A stretch of 64,000 nucleotides of DNA, from the NCBI GenBank assembly GCA_050506795.1, contig JBJHCF010000001.1:192001-256000 (forward strand). Direction: 5' to 3'. Numbering within the stretch: position 1 is the first letter of the stretch; the number at the start of each line of letters is the position of its first letter. This DNA is from Opitutia bacterium. Lineage in GTDB: Bacteria; Verrucomicrobiota; Verrucomicrobiia; Opitutales; T3Sed10-336. The position numbers and the translations under genes were made by a program. The notes below the pieces were generated by a model, which worked only from the letters and a program-made list of their open reading frames with translations, ran no database searches and was not told the origin of the DNA. Below, in pieces: positions 20,561 to 27,587 of the stretch.

Positions 20561-20851
20561 CTATACGACGTAGCAGGGGAGGTCCATCTTTGAATAGGTC
20601 ACGCCGATCGCGGTGATCGTTCGTTCTCCGCGGACGTGGCTGGGGCCGAGATCGACGAAAAGAACCTGATCTTCATCGTGGTTGATAAGGCTGTGCAGTT
20701 TTTCTTCAAACTCGGCCTTCTCCTTTGCTGTGAGGTCGCATTCGAAGACCGAAAGCTGAAGATGAACGCCATAGCCCTTGCAGGTCTTGAAAACTTTTCT
20801 CAACCGCTTGGGGTCGCAGATGTCGTAGGTGACGAAGAAATTTCGGCGCAT
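20561..20851 (-). CDS. cas2: CRISPR-associated endonuclease Cas2
   Basis: FVTYDICDPKRLRKV...GYGVHLQLSVFEC; adjacent to the leader. Confidence 0.95.
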   Translation of the reverse strand: MRRNFFVTYDICDPKRLRKVFKTCKGYGVHLQLSVFECDLTAKEKAEFEEKLHSLINHDEDQVLFVDLGPSHVRGERTITAIGVTYSKMDLPCYVV

Positions 20852-20868
20852 GGGTGTTGGTGGATTTG

Positions 20869-22650
20869 TTACCTATTCACAAACGGAATATACTGTTCGA
20901 TTTCTCCGGTAAGCACGCGGGCCAGAAGGCGGAACTGGAGTTCGAGGGCTCGGCGGTAGCTGACTTGATAGCCGAAAACGGGATGAGTGATCGGGCTGTT
21001 GATCCGTTTTTCGTAGGCCAGAAAGAACGTTTTCCTTCCGTTGGCGGACAGTGTGACCGAATCGCCGGCTCGGATGAAATCGGATTGGCGAAGCATGCTG
21101 TTGTTGATCAGGGTCAGGACCACGGAATCGGCTATGAGGGCGCGGAACTCCTCGAGGATATCCAGCGCGAGGGCGGGACGCCCAAAGCGCGGCTGATGGT
21201 AGAACCCCACGTAGGGATCGAAGCCGGCGGAGAATGCCGCCAGTGTGGCATCGCGGGCCAGGAGGCTGTAGGCGAGAGACAGCAGCGCGTTGACCGGATC
21301 GCGGGGAGGACGCCGGTTCCGGCCCTGGAAATCGAAAGGGAACTCGAGTTGACTTGCCTCGTCCTGCTCCTTTTGGGTCGGAGACTCTTTGCGGCTCTTG
21401 ATCATGCCCGCGAAATGCCCGAAATACAGGTTGGCCGCCGCGCCTTCGATTCCCAGGAGACTGCCGTTGCTGCTGGTGGCCAGGGCAGATCGGGCGAGAT
21501 TCTTCATTTGCCTGAGAACGTCCCTCGGAGCTTCAGTATGGTTGCGCATCAAAAGTGTGCGCTGATTGCGGATCTTTCCGTGAACGAAAAGCCGGGCGTG
21601 GCCGACCGCCAGTTCCGGGTCGGCCGCGTGCCGGAACTGTTCGATGCGGGTGAAGACGTTTTTGAGGCTGTGACCACGGGTCATTCCGTAGAACCAGCCG
21701 CCCATGGAGAAATAGGTTATGGGGATGTCGCGTTCACAGAGCGCCTGGATGGCGCCGGTGGAGACCTGGATCGGACCGAAGACCGCCAAGTGGTGAATGT
21801 CTTTGAGGCGGAATTCGCCGACCGTTTTAATTTTTTCTTTGGCGACGAGGGTTTCGTCCTTCTTACCGAGAAATAGACCGGGTGTCTGGAGGTACAACGC
21901 GCGGGTGTCATCGGCCGGAGCGATCAGGCGCCTGATGTCCTGACCGTTTTTTAATGAAGGCATCCGGATCTCCGGGATGCTGACGAATGGCCCCTGGGAA
22001 AGTCGATCCAGAGGGTCATCAATCGGCATATCGAAGGAGAGCTGCTCCGGTTCGGGGGTTTCGAGTGGGCGAATGTGTTCGGCGAGGAGCCGGGTTTCAT
22101 CCGGCAGACAAACACCGACCAGCGAGCACCGCGGACATTTCGGGGAATCATTCAAGGGTTCCGGAATCGATCCCCGCATGCATTGGCGAGCGGCCTCGAT
22201 TCGGTCGTAAATCCAAACTTCGGCTTTTTCATCCAGTTCGAAAGTCACCCGCTGCCGGGTTTCCCGGTAAAAAACAATCCCCCGGGCGCACGTGTAGCCG
22301 TTTTCGCGCAGGAGAAGAATTTGTACACCAAGCTGAATTTTATCGGCGTCCCAGAGTTCTTTTCCATCGTCACTTTCTCGGGGGCGGCCCTTTTTGTATC
22401 CGACTGGCTGATACTCGATGCTGCCGGATTCTCCGACGGCGCCCTCAACCAGATCCAGTTTCGCCGAGACACCCATGATGTCCGAGAAAAGCGAAACAGA
22501 GCGGGAGTAGATGGTTTCGGGGGGTGGTGGAGTAGGGGAGTGGTGGAGTTGTGGAGTGGGGGAGTCGGCGACCTCGGGTGTGGGAGACTCGGGGGATGCC
22601 AGGTTGGCGGGATCGGACTTCGACGGAGTTTTGGCTACCTCATAAGCCAA
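20869..22650 (-). CDS. cas1: Cas4-Cas1 fusion (type I-G); Cas1 looks intact, Cas4 domain 5'-truncated and motif-mutated
   Basis: Cas1 motifs LLGIEG, RRPPRDPVNALLSLAY, GFYH, LALDILEEFR; Cas4 keeps AKLDLVE and CPRCSLVGVC but lacks the first Fe-S Cys segment and has PVGYK instead of PV(D/E)YK. Confidence 0.9.
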   Translation of the reverse strand: MAYEVAKTPSKSDPANLASPESPTPEVADSPTPQLHHSPTPPPPETIYSRSVSLFSDIMGVSAKLDLVEGAVGESGSIEYQPVGYKKGRPRESDDGKELWDADKIQLGVQILLLRENGYTCARGIVFYRETRQRVTFELDEKAEVWIYDRIEAARQCMRGSIPEPLNDSPKCPRCSLVGVCLPDETRLLAEHIRPLETPEPEQLSFDMPIDDPLDRLSQGPFVSIPEIRMPSLKNGQDIRRLIAPADDTRALYLQTPGLFLGKKDETLVAKEKIKTVGEFRLKDIHHLAVFGPIQVSTGAIQALCERDIPITYFSMGGWFYGMTRGHSLKNVFTRIEQFRHAADPELAVGHARLFVHGKIRNQRTLLMRNHTEAPRDVLRQMKNLARSALATSSNGSLLGIEGAAANLYFGHFAGMIKSRKESPTQKEQDEASQLEFPFDFQGRNRRPPRDPVNALLSLAYSLLARDATLAAFSAGFDPYVGFYHQPRFGRPALALDILEEFRALIADSVVLTLINNSMLRQSDFIRAGDSVTLSANGRKTFFLAYEKRINSPITHPVFGYQVSYRRALELQFRLLARVLTGEIEQYIPFVNR

Positions 22651-22690
22651 TCATTTGCCGGGGTGGTCGCGGGCGTTTTCCGGGAATGGT

Positions 22691-22897
22691 TTACAATTTC
22701 CACTGCGAGCCACCGAAGCGCACGGGCTTCTTTCCTTTAAAAAACCTGGCGGCGTCGCTCGCCCACTGGCAATAACGCTTCCGGGCCTCGGCGGTTTGTT
22801 CAACGACGCGCGGACTGCGTTCCACAGGCGATTGTTTCCATCCGCGTTCGGTCAGTTCGCGGAAGGCGTTCCGATCATTGTTTGTCAGACGCTTCAT
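22691..22897 (-). CDS. Small basic hypothetical protein, likely partner of the nucleotidyltransferase
   Basis: 68 aa ORF overlapping the 3' end of the nucleotidyltransferase gene. Confidence 0.55.
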   Translation of the reverse strand: MKRLTNNDRNAFRELTERGWKQSPVERSPRVVEQTAEARKRYCQWASDAARFFKGKKPVRFGGSQWKL

Positions 22898-23438
22898 ACC
22901 ATTCCTTCATAGCGTCGAGCTTAGCCTCCAGTTGGAAGATTTTCAAATAGTCTGAGATCAAGTCCCAGTTTGGTTGACGATTCTCCTCGTAGCAATGTTC
23001 GAGGAGCAGACGAATATCCGCCCAGTCGGAAGTATTTCGCTTAGGGTCGTTGACAGTGGCTTGAATTTTCAGGCCGATGATATCTTCGATCGCAACTACG
23101 GGAACGCGTAGGGATTCGGTGATTTCGAGGCGTTCCGCCCTGTCGAGCATACTGAGTGTCGGACTGCGAAAGGCGTGAAGAAGATCGATGCGTCCCAGGT
23201 TCGCATCGTCGGAGACATAGTGGGAAACATTCTCGCTTTTGAATCCGCGACGGTACCCAAATTTTTCCAGAACGGCATGTGTTTTATCCAGATCCTTCAG
23301 CAACAGGATAAAGTCCAGGTCCACAGTCGCTCGCTGTACGCCCCTCAAGGCCATAGCGAAGCCACCGATGAGGGCGTATCGGGCTCCTTCTTCATCAAGC
23401 GCGCGGGTGAGCTGGTCGAGGACAGTGATGAAATTCAT
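22875..23438 (-). CDS. Nucleotidyltransferase-family protein (AbiEii/DUF6036-like, putative TA component)
   Basis: YALIGGFAM...RATVDLDF polymerase-beta motif, IIGLK, D.ADI. Confidence 0.8.
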   Translation of the reverse strand: MNFITVLDQLTRALDEEGARYALIGGFAMALRGVQRATVDLDFILLLKDLDKTHAVLEKFGYRRGFKSENVSHYVSDDANLGRIDLLHAFRSPTLSMLDRAERLEITESLRVPVVAIEDIIGLKIQATVNDPKRNTSDWADIRLLLEHCYEENRQPNWDLISDYLKIFQLEAKLDAMKEWYEASDKQ

Positions 23439-23529
23439 TGGTATCAGGAATGCTTGACGGACATCTTCATTCCAATCGATTTACCGGAAGATTCGCTCGC
23501 CTGTCGAGTTCGGCTTTAGGCTACGGCCT

Positions 23530-23958
23530 TTACTTCAGCGGATTCACTCGCCTGATGCCTTGAAAGCGATCGAAGTCGCGATCATTGCTGAAAACCGTGG
23601 CGGAATGCTCCATCGCGTGGAGAGTGATCAGGGCGTCAGTGGAAAGGTTGCCTCCTGTCCCCGCTTCCTCCAACAAATCAAAGAATCGTTCGGTCGCGTT
23701 TTCAGAAGGATTGAGCGTGCGGACGTGGGGACAGGACCACCAGACCGTTGTGATGGCGCGAACCTGATTCGTCGAAAGGGGATCCTCGCAAAGCTGGGGG
23801 TGAGTCATCAATCGTGTGAACGCCAGCAGCACGACCCAGGGAATGCCTATGGATTCGCCGCCTGACAAGGCGCCTTCCCACCAGGCCCTTGCTTTTTTAT
23901 GGTACGGCGAGGTTTCGTCGTAGGCGTAAATGAGAATGTTGGCGTCCGGGAGGATCAT
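23530..23958 (-). CDS. vapC: VapC family PIN-domain toxin
   Basis: MILPDANILIYA, GGNLSTDALI, SNDRDFDRF. Confidence 0.9.
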   Translation of the reverse strand: MILPDANILIYAYDETSPYHKKARAWWEGALSGGESIGIPWVVLLAFTRLMTHPQLCEDPLSTNQVRAITTVWWSCPHVRTLNPSENATERFFDLLEEAGTGGNLSTDALITLHAMEHSATVFSNDRDFDRFQGIRRVNPLK

Positions 23959-24209
23959 GGTTCCGCCACCCTCTGATTGGCTTCAGCCTCCACTTGGTCG
24001 TAAAGCTGATTCATGCTCATTCCCCGGTAGGCGGGTTTGATGCCGACTTTATGGGTTTGAATTCGGATTCGCTTGCGGGGCTGAGGGTCGGCGGCCAGTC
24101 CGCGTTGCAGGGTTTCCTCAAGAATCTCGCGCAGAGGCCGATTCCTCTCTTCCGCTCTGGCTCGCAAATCGCGTAGAATACCATCACTGATGTTGATTGT
24201 TGTCCGCAT
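23955..24209 (-). CDS. vapB: VapB-type ribbon-helix-helix antitoxin
   Basis: MRTTINISDGILRDLRARA; ATGA overlap with vapC. Confidence 0.85.
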   Translation of the reverse strand: MRTTINISDGILRDLRARAEERNRPLREILEETLQRGLAADPQPRKRIRIQTHKVGIKPAYRGMSMNQLYDQVEAEANQRVAEP

Positions 24210-24330
24210 AATAGACATCATGATGCCTAAACGCGAAAGGTCAAGACGCTCGTGCCTTTTCCCGGGTCGATCATTTCCGATCAGGGTCGTCTCGTGGAGA
24301 ATCCGTGGGTGGAGCGCTTGCCGCTTCGTT

Positions 24331-25527
24331 TCAGGAACGCGACGAGCGGTCTTCACCGGACGGGGGAAGGCGGAGTGATGCCTCTTTCGCCGAGGACTGC
24401 TGCAGCGAACCGGACGCCGTTCCGGAGCCGCCGGTCCTCGCTTCCCTTTTTCGGATTTTCGAACGAAACAGCAGGTAATGCTTTTTCAGTCGCTCGACAT
24501 AGGCGGCGTCTTGCAGGACTACGGCTTCAAAGAGACGCAGGAGAGCGCCGGCGTACTCGGATTGCGGATTCAGCGGATCGAGGGTGGCGCCGGCCATATC
24601 ATGAGCGTCGTTCGAATTACCTCCGAGCCAACGCGTGTAGAACGCCTCGTCCTCCCAACCGTAGTTGATTGTCGCCAGAACCGTCTCCGGTCGCTCGCTC
24701 GACCGTACCTGGATAAGGACGCGGCGGCAGTCGCATTCCGGATCGACGCAGTACAGTTCGATGAAACCGTAATCCCCGGCGGGCAGACCCGATTGCGGTT
24801 TCTGAAGCCTGACACCCCGCGTCTCGTTCGCGGCGAGTTCCGGAAATTCGCTCGCAAACGAAGCCATCGCCGCCATCGGCCTTTCCTCGGGGAATGCATC
24901 GTTTGTTTTCGGATCCGACTCGAATGAATCGTCCGTCTCGTCGGCCGGAAGGGGGAGATCGAGATTGAAGAAGAGGTCTCCGACGGCCTCCATGTTCTCG
25001 GTGGAGAGCGTATAATAAAAACCTTCCCAGCCGAAGCGACGGAAGAGACGGAGAATCGTGCGCGCGACAACTTCGGGAGGGTCATCCGGGTCTTCCCGAT
25101 AGTGCGGTTTGCCGTCGCAACCGAATGTGAACTCCTCGGAACAATCCGATGCGCGCACACCTCCGAAGACGCGCATGGCTTTCTTGAGGTTCCGATTTGG
25201 AGCAAAGCCCAACGCGCGGGCGTACTCAACGGCGCCCTCGATGATCTTTCGCGCGCACGCCGGATCGATCTCCGGGCACTCTCCGATTTCTTGGATCTCG
25301 CCTCGCCGCTGCTCGTCGAACTCTTCCTCAGAGATGACCCGGTAGACCGCGCTCATGACGCCCCGGCAGTGAACGTCGACAAAAACGATCCCGACCTCCA
25401 CCATGCCGCCTGATTTGCGCCGCGCTCCCAAAATACGTCCCCAGCCAATCTCGAACAGGTCGGCGTTCATATCGGCGATAAGTCGCTTCTTTTCGGACGA
25501 TGCCTTGTTCCCGGTCATGAAGGACAT
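24331..25527 (-). CDS. Two-domain hypothetical protein with Cys-rich ELYCVDPECDCRRV motif (domains typically seen in SEC-C-associated proteins)
   Basis: Long ORF; the TTG start at 25620 falls inside a degenerate CRISPR repeat, so ATG 25527 or 25518 is preferred. Confidence 0.65.
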   Translation of the reverse strand: MSFMTGNKASSEKKRLIADMNADLFEIGWGRILGARRKSGGMVEVGIVFVDVHCRGVMSAVYRVISEEEFDEQRRGEIQEIGECPEIDPACARKIIEGAVEYARALGFAPNRNLKKAMRVFGGVRASDCSEEFTFGCDGKPHYREDPDDPPEVVARTILRLFRRFGWEGFYYTLSTENMEAVGDLFFNLDLPLPADETDDSFESDPKTNDAFPEERPMAAMASFASEFPELAANETRGVRLQKPQSGLPAGDYGFIELYCVDPECDCRRVLIQVRSSERPETVLATINYGWEDEAFYTRWLGGNSNDAHDMAGATLDPLNPQSEYAGALLRLFEAVVLQDAAYVERLKKHYLLFRSKIRKREARTGGSGTASGSLQQSSAKEASLRLPPSGEDRSSRS

Positions 25528-25613
25528 TAGGACAAAATCACCCCCGAGACGGCAAGACCGGACGACTGACCGCAGCCATTTTGTCCGGTCGAGGGGCGTG
25601 GGACGAGAGGGGT

Positions 25614-25649
25614 ACTTCAATGAGGCAGCGCTCCGATGAGTGCGGATGT
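25614..25649 (-). repeat. Solitary degenerate CRISPR repeat
   Basis: Plus-strand ACTTCAATGAGGCAGCGCTCCGATGAGTGCGGATGT matches the array repeat at 29 of 36 positions in the same orientation. Confidence 0.85.
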
Positions 25650-25657
25650 TGCCGTCC

Positions 25658-25749
25658 GTAGCGCCGTGCTTCAGCCGGCGTCGGGATCGGGGTTGCAGCT
25701 GAAACGGACTCTCGAAACACCGGGAGATCCCGCTGAGGCGGGGACCTAC
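25658..25749. repeat. GTAG-family REP-like inverted doublet
   Basis: GTAGCGCCGTGCTTCAGCCGGCG and, on the minus strand, GTAGGTCCCCGCCTCAGCGGGA. Confidence 0.55.
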
Positions 25750-25767
25750 GCGAGAACCCGTAGCTTG

Positions 25768-26157
25768 TTACCTCCAAATGGTATCGATTCCGAAGGAAGC
25801 GAAAGCGCCGTCACGAGTGATCAGCGGGAGGTTTTCCGACTTTGACTGGGCGGCGAGCAGGCGATCGAAGGGGTCGCGGTGATCGTTCTCTATCAAGCCG
25901 GCGCGTTGCGCGTGAATGACGTCGAGGGGGAGGTGCAGCCAGCTTTCTTCGCGGGCGTTGCCCGCCAGATCCTGGATGAGACGTTCGGGAAGAGAAAGGC
26001 GGCCCAAGCGGTGTTTGTAGGTGATCTCGTAGGCCGAAACCGCGCTGAAGAAAATGCGGTTTCGCGGATCCCGGATCAGTCGTTGTGCTTTGCGGCTCAG
26101 GCGCTTTGGCGCACACCACCACCAGACCGCGGCGTGGGTATCGAGGAGGAAATTCAT
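25768..26157 (-). CDS. vapC: VapC family PIN-domain toxin
   Basis: FLLDTHAAVWW, FFSAVSAYEI, HRDPFDRLLAAQ, LITRD. Confidence 0.92.
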   Translation of the reverse strand: MNFLLDTHAAVWWWCAPKRLSRKAQRLIRDPRNRIFFSAVSAYEITYKHRLGRLSLPERLIQDLAGNAREESWLHLPLDVIHAQRAGLIENDHRDPFDRLLAAQSKSENLPLITRDGAFASFGIDTIWR

Positions 26158-26405
26158 TTCTCCGGGTCAATCGGCTGTTCCCATCGCGCCTGTTGGTCGT
26201 CATCGAGGGGCTCAAAGAACGCCTTGTCCGAAACGGGAGGCGCATCCGCGAACCGGCCGGGCGTGCGCTCCCGGGGAATTTCGGGGCTCAAACGGGCCAC
26301 CGGCTTGCCGTGGTTGGCAATGACGAACTCTTCCCCCTGTGCCACTCGCTTGAGAAGTTTGCTGAGCTGGGTCTTGGCCGCATGGATGTTGATCGTTTCC
26401 GCCAT
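26154..26405 (-). CDS. Phd/YefM family antitoxin
   Basis: INIHAAKTQLSKLLKRVAQGEEFVIANHGKPVARL; ATGA overlap with vapC. Confidence 0.92.
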   Translation of the reverse strand: MAETINIHAAKTQLSKLLKRVAQGEEFVIANHGKPVARLSPEIPRERTPGRFADAPPVSDKAFFEPLDDDQQARWEQPIDPEK

Positions 26406-26433
26406 ACCCTAAACAGTTAGTTTAAAAATCGGA

Positions 26434-26547
26434 CTAGGTCAAGCGTTGAGCCGGTCATTCTGGCTAGTCGGTTTTTGGAATGACTTCCCAAACAATAACT
26501 CCGTCAGTTTGCCCAGGCTTAATGGTCCGGCTCAACGACGGACCTAC
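26434..26547. repeat. GTAG-family REP-like inverted doublet
   Basis: Minus-strand GTAGGTCCGTCGTTGAGCCGGACC (26524-26547) and a degenerate plus-strand partner CTAGGTCAAGCGTTGAGCCGGTC (26434-26456). Confidence 0.55.
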
Positions 26548-26672
26548 ACGGCGAAGGACAGACTTAAGAACTCCCGGTGCTGTGCGAACCGGTGGCCCTT
26601 CCATGTTGCCGCTGCCCACACCTCGTCTCCGGGGGTCATTCTTCGCGGTCATAGCTCTCTTTTTTCATGGAT

Positions 26673-27587
26673 TCAGACCGCTTGTGACGGAGTGAAGTTG
26701 CGGAATTTGCCGGTGGTGATGCGCTGGCTGCGGAAGACGGCGGCGATGCCGCGGGCGTGGAGTTCGGCGGGATCGGGTGAACCGGGCTGTATGTCTCGCA
26801 GGGCGAGGAGGGAACGTCCGGTGTCGAGGGTGATGGAGGGCATCCAGATCGGCCAGGTCCAGAATGTGTCGTTGCTGCGGTGTCCGGTGAATCCGGTGGT
26901 TTTGAGGTGAGTGCCAACCGGAAAAGTCGGCAGCAAGGGAAGGGCTTCGATGGCGAGGCGGTTCGCGCCGTGTTGGGTGCGGGTGGGGTCTTGACTGGGA
27001 TTTTTCCATGCCAGCGCATAGCGTTTGTCTTCGGCGGGATCCCAGCGAAGGCCGATTTTTTCATCGGGGTAGGTCCAGGTCTCAAACAAGGTGTTCCGGA
27101 GTTGCTCCTCGGTGGTGATTTCCGCGAGGTCGTTCATGGTCTTGAGGAAGTGTTGGTGTCCCGCTCCGCTCATAGTGCGCAGGGCGGTGTCCTCAATGTC
27201 GCCTTGCTCGTTGATCGCCACAGAGGAGCCGAAAGCGGCGAAAAAGGCGGCGGAAATCCGGTCATCCTCATCAAACCAACGCTCCATTGCCGCCTTGGCT
27301 TCCTTTTCGAATTCGCCGGGTTTGAGTTTGAGGTTTTGTGAGAAGGTGAAGACCCGGTGTTGGTGCATTTTCGCCAGCTCCGTGTGGAGTTGTGCAATGA
27401 AGGCGTCGCGTTCCAAGGGCTGGTGAAGGGAAAGCACCGGCGCCCAGTGCCCGGCGTGGGGTTTCCAGTGGAGTTTGGTGCCGGACTGAATCTGGTCGGC
27501 GATGCGCCACGTGCCGAGGACGGCGAGAAAGCCGAGTGGGTTGGCGCCGTCGAGGCCGGGAAGGGGAAGCGGGTGGAGGTCGTTCAT
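26673..27587 (-). CDS. csb3: Type I-G (I-U) Cas8g2/Csb3-type large subunit
   Basis: LPGLDGANPLGFLAVLG N-terminus, LRWDP.ED.RYAL, GANRLAIEALPLLP, WTWPIW; ATGA overlap with cas3. Confidence 0.75.
   Translation of the reverse strand: MNDLHPLPLPGLDGANPLGFLAVLGTWRIADQIQSGTKLHWKPHAGHWAPVLSLHQPLERDAFIAQLHTELAKMHQHRVFTFSQNLKLKPGEFEKEAKAAMERWFDEDDRISAAFFAAFGSSVAINEQGDIEDTALRTMSGAGHQHFLKTMNDLAEITTEEQLRNTLFETWTYPDEKIGLRWDPAEDKRYALAWKNPSQDPTRTQHGANRLAIEALPLLPTFPVGTHLKTTGFTGHRSNDTFWTWPIWMPSITLDTGRSLLALRDIQPGSPDPAELHARGIAAVFRSQRITTGKFRNFTPSQAV

Noticed and set aside
22510..22600. Short tandem-like GGAGT repeats encoding SPTP units at the start of cas4-cas1
   Set aside because: A low-complexity Pro-rich linker; the units are irregular and do not form an array.
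25678..25715. GCTTCAG 28 bp from the orphan repeat as a second repeat of a mini-array
   Set aside because: Only six bases match, and they are better explained as part of a GTAG REP hairpin.
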